Shown: positions 50,701 through 63,350 of the stretch, in pieces
Numbering within the stretch: the first letter of the stretch is position 1
How the letters are laid out: each line of letters opens with the position of its first letter
Origin: Vitrella brassicaformis CCMP3155
Taxonomy: Eukaryota; Protista; Chromerida
Direction: 5' to 3'
DNA: 64,000 nucleotides
Assembly: GCA_001179505.1 (NCBI GenBank)
Contig: CDMY01000368.1
Coordinates: 34,365 to 98,364, forward strand
Notes under the pieces: generated by a model
Told to the model about the DNA's origin: nothing
What the model saw: only the letters and a program-made list of their open reading frames with translations
Databases searched by the model: none
Program-made: the position numbers and the translations under genes

Positions 50701-53700
50701 NNNNNNNNNNNNNNNNNNNNNNNNNNNNNNNNNNNNNNNNNNNNNNNNNNNNNNNNNNNNNNNNNNNNNNNNNNNNNNNNNNNNNNNNCCCCCCCCCCCC
50801 CCGCCCCGATTGATTGATGCACGTGTCTGTCGCTTGACCTCTGTGTGCACAGGTGGACTTTTGCATCGTCGATCTCGAAAACCAAGGCCAGAGCCAGGCA
50901 GGCAGGGAAGGGGGACAGTAACAGACAGACATGACACACATCGGTCTTGAGGTCGGCTGTGTGTCCGCATGTGTCTCGTCAGGTGGTTGCGGCATGCGGC
51001 TGGTGCAAGTCTGGCTCGTTGCGGCTCATTCGGAATGGTATCGGCATCCACGAGCAAGCGTCAGTCGACCTGCCGGCCATTCGTGGCCTGTGGCCTCTCA
51101 AGGCCGATGTCAACGATGACAACGCCAAGATACTGATACAAGTAAGAAAGGGACGCACGTATGCATGGCTTTCCAGGCGTGTCTCTCTCGCACGATGGAT
51201 GTCTCTCGGTTGTCTGTCTGTCTGTCTGTCTGCGCGTCCCCCACCCACTCACTCACTTGTCCACCCAGACATTCATCGGGCAGACGCGTGCTCTGGTGCT
51301 CCAAGAGGACGAGCTGTCAGAAGAGACCTTGCCAGGGCTGCTCCACGACGAGGAGACCATCCACTGCGGCAACGTCACCGCACACAATCAAGCAGTACAA
51401 GTGAGCTACTGACTGAACGTATCGCGGACAGGCAGGCAGACAGGACAGATGGGCTCCCGAGTGCGAGACCCCGACTTGCTTGTCTCCTGTTGCTTCTCAG
51501 GTAACTCGGGGCTGCATCCGGATTTTGTCTGCGACAAGCTGCGAAGCGCAGAGGCAGTGGAGGTCAGTCAGACGTACACCCTTGCGTCCGCATGGCGATG
51601 CACCGTGCGGCACTTGTTTATTCTCTGGGCTGTTTGTCTCGCCTCCCACTATCCTCTTGAACTGCAGGCCGACGGACCTCAACGCTGCCATGCTGCCCGC
51701 CGATGCGAGCATCAATGGTTCCACCCGCATCAACGTGGCCACGTCTTCTGCAACCTCCTCCCAAGTCCTCCTCGGACTCTCGGGAGGGATACTCGCCCTT
51801 TTGCGGGTCGCCGACGATGCCCCGGGGAAGTTGGAACTCATGAGCATCAAAAAGATGGTACGCACGTACGTACACAACTACCACAGGCAGAGAGACAGGT
51901 GACGAGACAGCGCTGTAGAAGGTTACGTGCCTGGACGCCCCTTTGCTCGTAGGAGAGCGAGATCGCCTGCCTGGACCTGTATCCTGAGCGGGGCGTATGC
52001 GGTGTCGGCTTGTGGGTCTCGTGCAGCGTCTCTCTGATGAGCCTCCCTTCCCTGTCGCTTCTCCACAACGAGGTGTTAGGTGGCGACATCATCCCTCGAT
52101 CCCTTCTGCTGGCTCAGCTCAACCAAGCAGTCGACAGGAGCGATGACATCATGGCCGACGGAGGACCAGCTGAGACAGGGCAACCCACGCATCCCTTCTT
52201 CTTGCTGGTCGGAATGGGCGATGGCCGCCTCATGTCGTACGCCGTCCAAACCAAGGGGTCACATGAGCAGAGGGGTGGGGAGGCGCCGGCACAGGATGAC
52301 CCAGTGCATGCAATTGAGGTGTCAAACAAGAAGGCCGTCCACCTCGGCTCCCAGCCAATCACATTGGTCAAGTTTACCACTTTAGGGCGGCCGAGCGTCT
52401 TTGCCACAGGCGACCGGCCGACAGTGGTTTCGTTGTCCAGTGACATCGGGGAAAGCGCCAATGCCTCGAGCTCTCAAGACATGGGCAAGCTCCTCTACTC
52501 CAACGTAAACCTGCGACAGCTCAATCACGTGTGCAGCTTCAGCAGCCCTAGCTTCCCAGGGTGTCTCGCCTTTGCGAACGAGGTGCCAAAACACTCATGG
52601 ATGGGTGTGATGTGTGAGAGGGTGGCAGCGGCTGTGGGTGGATGCGGGTGTGTGATTTCCTTCGCTAGGAACAACTCACTATCGGCGGGATCGATTCGAT
52701 CGCCAAGCTCCACGTGCGAAGCGTCGCACTCAAGCAAAGCCCAAACAGGTCAACATCGTGCACTCGTTAAACCATGTACATACGAATGGCATGTCTCGGC
52801 CGTGATCTCCACAGAATAGCCTATAACAAGACATTCGGAGGCTTTTGTGTTGCATGTTCAAAGGACGAGACGGTACGGGGACGATATCACTGACATGGCC
52901 CCTGGTCGATCGCGCGCATGCACTGCATACGGTGCAGGATGACGAGTCGAGCAGCCAGCTGTCCTCGTTACTCTTCGTGAATGGAGGGACACTGGAAATA
53001 GAACACAGCATCGGTAGGAGGGGAGAACACGGAGAGAGCGCAACCGCGCAACCAATCTCTCCCTTGCGATACTTCGCTTCGATGCCTGCAGAACTCAAGG
53101 CGAAGGAGCAGCCGTCTGCCATCGCCTCGGTGGTCTTTAAGTCGACGGACTTGGACGAAGACGGCGAGACACAACCAGAGCACTTGCTGGTCCTTGGAGT
53201 AAGTGTAGTTTCGGAAGAGGTATTCGACTGTGAGACCGGGCGTCTGTACGTGTACCGTTTGGACGTCGATGTAAGCATGCAACAGCACGTCTGCTTTAGC
53301 TCTGTCTAGGTGTGCATGTCTCAGAGTCGGAGGGTCGTGCAGGTTGCCGAGTGCCACGTCGACGGGGCAGTATGGGACATCGTACCGTTTCAGGGGCGTA
53401 TCGCTGTTGCGGTCAACTCGAAGGTGTGCAGGAGCCCGGGGACAGAAAGCACCGTTTAACCCTGACTTCTGGCTTTAGGTGAGTATCTACGATCTCACCA
53501 ACCAGGACGACGCGGGAACAGCCCTTGTCGAAGTGTGCAGCATACCTCAAAGAGTGCAGGTGCTGAAGCTCGACGCAAGGTAAGACGCAAAGCCAAGGGT
53601 GTCTCCATGAACATGCGTACCTGTCTTTCGTGTATCAGGGGTGATCTTCTTCTTTGTGGAGTAAGTGTATCGAGTCGCTATTGATCGTCAATCCGTATGA

Positions 53701-54996
53701 CCAGCATCATGAGGGCTCTTGCGCTACTATCAGGACTTGATGCAGTCAGCATCTCTTCTGAGATTCGAGAAAAGCAAGCAAGAGCTCGAGGAGATAGCGT
53801 CTCATGCCGGCCAGCTTTGGACCACGTAAGGTGCCCACATTGGGTAAGATGCTCAAACCCTATCATGGCCATCGTGAGCCTGTTTCAGGAGTGTGGCTTT
53901 CCTGGATGACGACACTTATCTTGCGGCTGGTATTTTTGTTTCGCGAGGAAAGTGCTAAGGCAGGCACATCCTTTCTGTTTGTTTCCACGTCAGATGACCA
54001 GAAAAACATCCTCACACTCTGCCGGAACACCGAGGCAACTACAGACGAGGAGCGTTCGAACCTCGAAGGTATCTTGGTGTATTATCACCTGAGGGAACGT
54101 GGAGGGATGTATCCGTGCGTTTACAGTGGTCGGCATGTGGCACAGCGGAGAGCAGATCAACCGGTACCCGTCCAGCAGATTAACCGGAGTAGCACCTGAA
54201 CCATTACTGGTTCGGTTCTTTCGGCTTTTTCTGTCAGCTTCTGTCTAGGGTCTCTCGTCACGACGCCACTTCCGAAGAAAGATGATACCATGCACGAGGG
54301 CGAGGAAGCTACAGCAGACTTTGACTTCTTGCCTGTCCAGCGCTTGATCTGGGTTTCAGCCGATGGTGCGATTGGTGAGGTTCTGTCTCTGAAGGTGCGA
54401 ACATCAGAAAGGAAAGAATAATCAGAAATATATCAGTCCTGATTTACAGGGCGAGAAGGAGTTCGCAAGGCTTATGATGGTACGTTTGAAGAATATGACT
54501 CTGGAGCTTCTCTGAGCACTTTTCTCGCATTCAGATCCAAGATGCAATCGTTTCTGTCGCTCCTGTAATTGGAGGTCTCCAGCACAGCAAGTGGCGTGAA
54601 TTCGAGAACATAGTTGCGCAGCTTGAAGAAGTAGGAAAGCAAAGCAGAACTGGCGAACGGGGGATGGTTTTCTGTTTTGGAAGGGAACCCATCGCGGATT
54701 CATCGACGGAGATTTGGTCGAGCGATTCCTGGAGATGGGAGCTGACGACCAGGGCAAAGTCGTCGACAAGTTGAAGTAAGGTGTCGTTTTTGGATTACAA
54801 AGTCGGCGTCGTCCTCTTCTTTCTCTTGTGCAGAAACGCTGGCCTCGAGTGCGACCGTGCAGCGCTCGTCACAATGTGCGAAGGTTTCCGTATCTGAACA
54901 AAGACTTTATTCTACGTGAAGTGACCATGTCCATGTTGAACGAGTTCCCATGTGTGGACGCACGTGACTTTGTCAACTCTAGAAACAGCTCTCTAG
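47764..54996 (+). CDS. DDB1: DNA damage-binding protein 1 (CUL4 adaptor)
   Basis: MSAYNVFVTAQ|PATAV, DLILAKRSRLEVF, VPIYGRI, DLLFVTTE, FNVRLDFLDVIDMTFL, LFIGSKSGDSQLIKV, YPNLGPMVDFCIVDLENQGQSQVVAACG...GSLRLIRNGIGIHE, LLVGMGDG, HLGSQPI, DRPTVV, KLLYSNVN, GDLMQSASLL, EEIA, HRGFIDGDLVERFLE. The last exon and stop are approximate. Confidence 0.92.
50489..50788. other. Assembly gap (300 N) flanked by poly-C runs, inside a DDB1 intron
   Basis: C18 at 50471-50488 and C14 at 50789-50802. The DDB1 reading frame joins across it (…GPM|VDFC…). Confidence 0.95.
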
Positions 54997-57900
54997 AAAC
55001 CGCCCAAATTGCTCCTCCGGGACAAGAAAAAACAGTCACTTTGCCATGAAACACCGGACAGTAATGTGGAGTGAAAAAAACACGGGTAAGTTGGCCAGAA
55101 AAAGCCGTGCTGCGTTGGTAAACACGCAATTCCGTGAAAAAGGATGAAGTCAGGCTGACCCCACTAAACCTGAGGCCTTGTCTGGACGATGAAGACGTCC
55201 TCCTCGTTAACCACGCAGCCTTCGACGTCCTGAGCCCAAGAAGACCGTAAAGGTCCTCGGTCGAAAGTGGTGAGAACGCTTACCTGTGGAACACCCTTCA
55301 TGGCCTTTTCGATTTCGAACCCTGCCTGTCCTAGCTTTGTTAGGAGCCTCTCCCTATATGCTGAATCTTGCACGATGCGCAGTCGATGATAACGCAAACG
55401 AACCTGTGGACAAGTGAAGGATATTTCATCCCAGCGCTGCTTCTTTGTTGCTTATACCTCCTTGCTCCGCTCTGCTGTCACGGACTCAAACAGGCCTGCT
55501 CCAGCGAAACCCTGCTCATTGACATCATTCCTCATGCCTTCACAGGTTCACGGTGTACAGGGAGTGAGCTCACTTCAAGGTCTTCGCCATTGCTATCAGA
55601 TCGAAAGATCAGACAAGCCGTCGGCCTCAATGCAACGCTCTTCGACAGGAAGGAAACGATCTGCGAAGGAATGAAAAAAGAACGATCCAGTCATCCCGAT
55701 GAGGGCCAGTCCTTACTTGGGGTTTCTCTCCCTTCTTCACCCTAAAACTCAGGGCACGACCAGGATAGTTCCCAACCAACGTCTCCCCGAGGCCTGGCAC
55801 TACTTCTCCGTACCTGGTCAAATTACAAGAAATGTAACCATGATAGACCAGAAGGTGCACGGGCAGAGTGGATACTTACACCTCGTCTTTCTCGTCTGAG
55901 AAAGGGTTCTGTGTGTGGAGGACGAAGGCGTAGGAGGCAGGCAACAGCTCCTGTATGAGGACTGCCATGTTCTGAAGGGGAAGAAAAACACACACACACA
56001 TGCAAACGAGCGAGCATGGGAAATCTTGCAAGAATCGTTGCTTTGCGCACCAGCTCATGATACTTCCTTCCGGCTTTGGATAAGCTGAGAGAAAGCGAAA
56101 GTCTTATCGCCTGCAGCCGAAACGCACCGCTCACACTGATTCCTACCTGACCCACGGGCGTATACCAAAAAGGCTGGCCCAAACAGCTTTAACAGCTTCC
56201 CAAGCGGCATCTTCGTCTTTGAGCAGATCCAGAAGACGACATTCGTCCTGCCCCTTTCCTCTCGCTGCAGCTTGCATTGTCTCTTTAAGAGCGCTGAGGT
56301 ATTCATCCGGCTCCACGAGCTCTTCGATGAAATGCTTTGCCTGTGCGTCAACAAACAAGGCGAAAGGAATTCAAGTCTACTTAACTCAGAACTCTCGTAC
56401 CGATCCAAATATGCCAGCTGCGCGGTCATTACTGGTGTCAGGTTTGAGCTGAGACAAAAGTGATTTCAACCTTGGAAGAACAGTGTTCTCATTCAACCTG
56501 AGACAAAGCCGTGGAAGGCAAAACATTGTCATTGCCGCACCTTTCCTCTTACGGATGCATTAGAGTTTTTTGCATTGTCCCGTAAGGTAGGGCCTATGAG
56601 AACACTCGAAATGGCTGGCTGAGTACCTCGAATAAGCTTCGTGCGGAGTCTTACCACGGCTTCTGGGGTCCTTATTTCGAATGGCAGTTGTGATGAGGTT
56701 TCCATCAAGGTTTTGGCTAGAATCTGAAGGTTGAGTGACTTCGAGCCGACTACTGACCTGCAAACGAAATGATTAAGCAGCAAAGACGGCCACGTAAACC
56801 AATCCCCTGGTCTCACCTGTCGAACTCCGACGGTGCGACAACCCATCGATTGCTTCGCTGTGTGAGATTCATCTCCGCTTGGCTGGCTCGCCTTCCCTTA
56901 AGCGCACTATCCTCAATCAGCAGCCGGCTTTCTTGTCTTGATAGACCTCTCATGGCCGCCTTTTTGGATTGTTTGTCAAGATCGTCAGGACGAGGCACCT
57001 CGGTGATTGTCAAGCCTGTTGGACATCAAGGAGTCGATTGAAAGCAGTCTCGTAAAAGGAAGCGGCGCCGTCTCTCACCGGATCCGTCCTTCTTTGCGCG
57101 AATCTCAATCCATTTGCCCAAGAAGTCGCCTTCGATCTGCTGAGTGAGATCGGCGTCAAAGCTGACGGCTGAAGACACGACACAGTTTTGCAATTGATGG
57201 ACACACTTTGGTACCAGTGTAGACCACTGCAAATTATTTGGAAGCCAACCTAGTAGGACGCCTGCGTTTCTCGCGCGGACAGAAACATGACTAAGAATAT
57301 CCTGATCGAAGAAATACCGATTGTCTATGAGGGATCTATGTGCGTACACTGACTCACCGGTGATTCTGCAGCGCTCCGGACAAGAACACCATGCACGCCC
57401 GCCGGAACTTCCTCCTCACCGCTGACGGCTGGCACAAGATTACTGCGTCAGACTTGCCAAGCGAACAAAAATTTCCTCACCGCCGCAAAGGAAAATGGTA
57501 GGCCTTTCGTAGACTTTGTCCTGGATGTGCATAAGCCTGTTGTCACAGAGAACAGAAATTTGTATGTACTCGCAGAGCTCTTGTCAAGACTCTCTCCACC
57601 GGTCAATCTTTTTCAGTTCCCCTTGGATTCGGTCGACAACCGATATCATTTGCCACGGCGGCAGGTGAGCAATTGCTCGAAGCTCCGGCTCGATGCGCTT
57701 GAGGACTAAACTCACCTGATGGCGGTAAATAAAGAAAACACTTTCATCTCCTGTCATCGCCCTTTTTTCATGCTCCAATCCATAACCGAGAACAAAACGC
57801 TTCCGCGGACGACTTCATCAACAAAGACCTGTGATACGCCGACCGACATTGTGTCTTCATTTTAGGCGACTCGTGTGTGTATGCATGCGATGCCATACCT

Positions 57901-60900
57901 CCAAGACCTGCATCGAGACAAACAACATCGGTGAGAACAGGGAACAATAATGATGAAGGGCCTCACCTGGGGATCAGTTCCAACTTGGGAACCTAAGAAC
58001 TTCGCCTTTGGTCCAAGCAGGTTCTGGAACTCATCGACGACGTCTCCAACACTTCTTGCAGCTCGATCACAAAGTCCCTGTGTGTGGAAAAATCGAATCG
58101 GTGCAAACTCTCTTCACTGATGTCGCGCTTGAGTAAATCGCGTACTTTGAGAAGAAGCGCACACTCGACAGCACCATTCTGCCAGTTCAAACTTGCAGTT
58201 TTTCTGGCTAGTTGGACGAAGTCGCCATAGATCGCCCTGGAAACCACAAGCGGAGTCACCCCTGAGTCCTCGTTGTCTTCCTACATTTGCTACCTCAGCT
58301 CTCCATTCTCGGGCGCATGGCCAGAGAGAGACATCAGAAGGCTACCGAGCTGAAAGGTTCATTATGAGAGGCCATGCGATGTGAAAAGGCCTGTGTCTCT
58401 TTTTTTCTAACTTGGTCCGTTAGTTGGACGACCCTGTGTGTTTTTGGAAAGCAACGACAAGTATGCGTTTGGATGAGTGCTCCCGTTACCTTACCTTTTT
58501 TCGCCATATGTGCTCTGCAAACCACAACGTGAGAAAGGTGTAATAAAAAGCTTGATGCCATACCAACCTGAATGATGATGTTCTGTTGCTGTTCAAGGGC
58601 TAAGTCAAGAAATAGGATGTCCACAAGAGCGCCTGGGTCGACGTTCTTGTCATTGATGATCCTTAGCAGTGCATCTCTGCACTCCGCAACTCGCATGAAC
58701 TTGTGGTGGGCGCTGTTGCGACAGGTGAGACAAGCGGATCATGCCACCCGATGTTCAAACCAAGACAATAAAGTACCTGTCAAGTCCTCCCATGTCTCCG
58801 TGATCAAAGGACTTGGATCTTCTTCTTCTGAGCCCCCCATGTCCAACCTCGTGAATTGCTCTTTCCAGTTGTCCGACAACGTCGTGTGGCAACTTTCCTC
58901 GTGCGTAATCAAGCGCTGTCTGCACACGACGACCGTGAACAACACAGATCAAGTCTTCCTCAGATCATTGCACCGATCATTACCGCCAGGTCAGTTGCGT
59001 CGTGCACCTGCATGGCATTTGGAAAGGATTCATTTAAGCGCCTTTTGTCTGTCTTTTTTCGTTCGTTCTTACGGATTGAAGGATCTTCAGGTATTGGTCG
59101 AACTCGAAGATAAGCTTGCCAGTGTCACCGTGCATGTACGGCTCTTTATTGATTGGCCGGTCGTAGCTTGCGAGCCTCTCACGTGTGATTCCGTGGTCGT
59201 TCAGCACGTCCCAATAGGACTGCATGTTCCCTCCGCTCCTCAAAAAAGCCAGAAGGGCCTTGCAAATCCCAACCTACACCCAAGGATGGAACCCAACGAT
59301 GGACGAGTCCTACGTGTGTCTTCGTTCACAGCGTACGTCGTCAGGCGTCCTGACGGCAAAGTAAGAAAAGAAACGCATCAATGGCAAGCAAGAGGATAAA
59401 GGGTAGACCTACGTGTTGTTGTGCAGCTTTTGATGCCACTACAATCATGATAGGAACACCAAACGGCAAAGGTGTCCCAATGCTGCTTTTCGTTTTGCTA
59501 GGAGGCCTGACCTGCTCGTAGAAGTGTCCGGCTGTAGGGAACGAACAGGAAAATCCTTGTCTGATTTCCGTTAATGCTGCGGTTTTTCAAAGCTGACCTG
59601 TCTCAGGTATGCCATTTCTGTGCATGATCTGCCACGGACCAAAGGCATGCAGAGTGATCAGCTCTTAAAATGAGTGAATTATCTTACATGAAGTATCTCG
59701 TCTCGAATTCTCTGTCCTTGCGAGCCCCCGCGTCCGAGTGTACCGATGACCAGACGGATCTGAAAGAAAAAAGAACGAATGTCTGGAAAAAAGGGGAAAG
59801 GGAAGGCGCTTGCCAAAGGACGGCATTTGGGGGTTGTTTTCCAAACTTCTGCAATCCTGAACGTACGAAAAAGGCCTTCTGTCCAGGACATTCCGAGGAG
59901 CTTTTTTCGGTTAACCCACTTGTAAGACAGGGAATTGGTTGCGCCTGCGAGTTCGCGAGGCTTCGTATTGTAGTTGCGCTGCCAGTCTAAGATCTTCATG
60001 AAAGAGAAGCGCTGCCACACCTACAACAGGCAGGCGGGACAGCAGAACACGAACGTGAACGTGACGGAACGTGACGTCCCCATTTCCAAAAGGAGCAGTT
60101 GCGCCGCCTACGTAAATCCAACTCCAGAACTCCTGTTTTTCGTTCGCGAAAGAAACAACACGAAAAGAAACCGATGAAGACGGGAATGTGGATATCTTCT
60201 TTCCTCTAGACTGAAGTTTCAAACACACCTTGTCCGAGCTCTCGCGACTAAGGGGTGGAAGAACGAGACTGGAGAAGGAGGCGGTTGCAGTTATCGGCTT
60301 TCGCGGCTCTTCTTGGAACACTGTAGCCCAGGATTTAACCCTCGTTAGCGACTTTTTCTCCTCCTCTGAAAGGTTGACCGGTTGATGCGAGATCCGACGG
60401 CAAACGTTTCTTTTTCCTCCGGCGCGACTTACCAGGACGGTCTCCGTCCCAGTCCTCGATAATGCCGCGACAGAGGTTGTACCTGCCGAGAAACCAACCG
60501 ATTATGAATCATTTTTCGTCTACCTGTTTGACGGATGTCACCTGTGCATCTGCATTCACAGAACAAATGCATGCTCCTTTCGTTTCTCCGCGCGCGTGAC
60601 TGGTGCGCCCGCCCGCACTTTACCAGTGTCCATCCTCCGGCGTCCACCTTCAGTGTACATTAAAGGATGCACACATGTGGCTGAAGTCGGCTTCGTTTGT
60701 ATATAAGCCTATTACCTCGCCTCCAAGTATCTTCTCGACGACTTCGCGGTGTTCTCCTTTCCACCCATCTGCTCCACTGGCACTGAGTCGTACGAGAAAG
60801 TCTTTGTTGTCAATCGTCTTGAACCACCCATCCCCTTTCTCTGCTTTCAAAACGAACGCCAGGCCCTCCACGAGCGGTACGACTCCGGCATCCGTTTCTT

Positions 60901-61500
60901 CGTCGGGCTGGGCAGGACGAGCGGGAAGGACAATCTGATGAAAGATCGACATGTGAACTCATTTGTTTTTTTCCCTCAGCGGCTCCTGACTTCGGTCTTG
61001 TAGAGGCCCGATTCGTCAGGGACCATCGGCGAATTACACGATCTGAATGCATGTCGGAGTGCCTGTCTGCAACCAAAAGGTCGTGTCTTACTTTTTGGGA
61101 TCGACGACAGCTGTGCCCGGGGGTCGACAAGATTCTGGGGGGCAGGTCCACTGTGATTTGCGCTTCCCCTCGAGAATGCCCCAATGGAGAAGGCAACCAA
61201 TTTCGAGACATCCGACAATTGTCACCTAACGCGCATGTCAGAACGTGCAATATTGACTTGAGAGACGACCAACCCCCACCCTCGTGCACCTTGACTGCCT
61301 GCTTGTCTTGTGTAGACTCCGCACTGCAGTCGAGCTCCCCCAGCCCTCCAGTGATCGACCACTGCTTGAAGAAGATATCAGCATTGACGCGGCTGACAGC
61401 TCATATGAGGGACCAAGTCGGATGGAAAGGGCTGAGTGCCTTCGTACCGTGCATCTCTGCTGGCGTGGTAATCGGAAAGGCGTTTTTTCCGCATCATCTC
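52700..61500. other. Compositional island: lower GC and short, microsatellite-free introns
   Basis: Hand counts of GC in 60-nt lines: 55021=23, 57481=30, 58381=28, versus 12001=37 and 35041=44. Introns are short (54 nt at 55230-55283, 73 nt at 53661-53733) and lack the SSRs seen in most introns elsewhere. Boundaries are approximate. Confidence 0.7.
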
Positions 61501-63192
61501 CTTTTCTTCCTCGGCCTTTTTCAGCTTCTCCTCATACTCCTGTTCATTAAAGCAATCTAAGCAATCTGTTCGACGAACGGTCTCGTGTTTCAACTCACAT
61601 ACCTGGATCGCGGCCTTCCACGACTCACTGAAGCGCACGCAAACACACACACACACACAAACGCACACACAACACACACGCAACACACACACACACACAC
61701 ACTCAGACGGAGAGGCGGCCATGTGTGCGGGCGGGCCGGGAAAGCAACTGACCGGATAGGAATGTGAACGTCGAAGTCGTCATTCCCCTGGCGAGAAGCA
61801 CAACATCGTATACGTGTCACTGTCTCTTGATCCGTGCTAGACAGGAAAGCCATGCTTACGTGCTTCAGCCAGACGTTCCCTGCCTTCTCTTTCAGCACAA
61901 ACAGAAGGTATGGCGCCACACTCACACCGGGAAGCCACAAGTGAGTGCCTTGGATTGCACTCGACGCGGCGCCATCCGTAACACGCAGGCCAGACGCCGA
62001 GGCGTCAACGTCTACGGGCTGCATCAAAAGCATCCACGCATCCGGGTGCATGGAGGGGTAGCGCACACTGTCTGGGAGACCTACCATGAATTCGGTCTGC
62101 ACAGCTTTCTCATCCCACGCGGCTGTCTTGAAAGGCCGACTGTCGATTGTATCGAGCTGAGGCTTCCTCCATTGCCCCTTCTGATTCGCCATGCCCTACC
62201 ACACCATCATACACAGGTAGTCAAGCACCGAGCAAGGAAGGTGTGTCTCGTGATGTTTGTGTGTGGTGTCAGGTGGACCCAGTGGAGAAGAAGACTCTTC
62301 GGTGCATCCGTGAGCACAAAGAGGTCTGCGCCCTCTTCACCTTCGAAGAGGAGCAGCTCAATACCTGCGGGGATGGGATGCTCGACTCTCCAAGACCTGG
62401 TTGGCAATCAATCAATGAGTCGCTATTGCTTTCGCAAGTACCATTCCGCTCACTGGTGAACGGTTGCTTTGTCTCGGACGGCCAGCAGGTCCTTTGTTGT
62501 CTTCTTCAAGGCAGAGCCCCGGGACACTTCAGACACCAGATGTGGAAAGTCGATGAAGAAGTTGCCATTCCCTTGCTTAATCCACTGGTTAGGAGGCCTG
62601 AGTGTATCGATCGCACGGTCGACGCTCGCGTCGGTGTCTGACGGTGCCGACTCCCTCCAGCAGCCAACTTACTTGAACAGGACGAAATACAGCCCTGCTG
62701 GCATCACGGGAGCAGTCGCGGAGCCGTCTTCTGGCACGGCCGGCACAAATGTCAGCGCCAAGTCGTGCCTGTCCTCTCTGCTCTCGAACAGAGAGCGCGC
62801 AGCCCCGGGAACGGCTTTCGTCTCCGCTCTGGGTGGATAGAGCGCAGAGGGGGGAGGCGTCCACTGTTTCTTCGCATTGCTCAAGCCCCAGTGTAGCCAC
62901 AACTCTTCCCTGTAGCCACGCAGGCACATGCACGCAGAGGGTGTGTGGGATACCAAGAGCCCCTCGCAACATACACAAAGCAACCCACCCAGTGCCAAAA
63001 CCTTCTGCCTCAAGAGCAATCTGTATCTCCTCGGGGGACGCAACAACAGCAGCCACCTGACCAAACACAAACACCAAACACAGCGCAGCACACGACGCGA
63101 TGTATGTGAGCCACAGCTGCTTGTATCGATGGCTGCACCCGCAGTTTCCTCCCGCCCAGATTGAACGTGATCTGATGGGAGAGGCCGTTCAT
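55164..63192 (-). CDS. GWD: Alpha-glucan, water dikinase (R1/GWD) with N-terminal CBM45 modules
   Basis: CBM45-type LWLHWG...PPPSALYPP and LLLHWV...LLFVLKEKAGNVWLKH. Also GWTLMHRYNLC, WQRNYNTKPREL, EEIPAGV, phosphohistidine motif DILSHVSVRARN (His codon 57287-57289), AVKAVWAS, MAVLIQE...YAFVLHTQNP, YGEVVPGLGETLVGNYPGRAL and C-terminal PQDVEG...IVQTRPQV*. Confidence 0.92.
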
Positions 63193-63280
63193 CTCGGCTC
63201 GTGCTCAAACCGAAGCCTCAGATCCGTCAAGCTCCGAACCAAGCGTCACTTGGGCATCCCCCTTCAAGATCGAACTCATG

Positions 63281-63296
63281 GGCGAGCAAGCTCGCC
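63281..63296. promoter_or_regulatory. Palindromic motif GGCGAGC-AA-GCTCGCC in the divergent promoter between GWD and the next gene
   Basis: Perfect inverted repeat in a ~157-bp head-to-head intergenic region, matching the motif at 47650. Confidence 0.35.
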
Positions 63297-63350
63297 AAAT
63301 GGCCCCAAAGCAAGTCAAAATTTTCCCCTCAGTTCGGTCAACTGGTGACC

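Noticed and set aside
49926-51057. ORFs containing poly-X
   Set aside because: Artefacts of translating through the N gap.
38449-54996. DNA-repair gene cluster (HUS1 + DDB1)
   Set aside because: Only two genes, in different pathways and separated by two unrelated genes. Chance proximity is sufficient.
52700-61500. Bacterial contamination, NUMT/NUPT or transposon as the cause of the low-GC block
   Set aside because: The block holds spliceosomal-intron-rich continuations of DDB1 and GWD in frame with the flanking exons. No transposase, RT or organellar genes are present.
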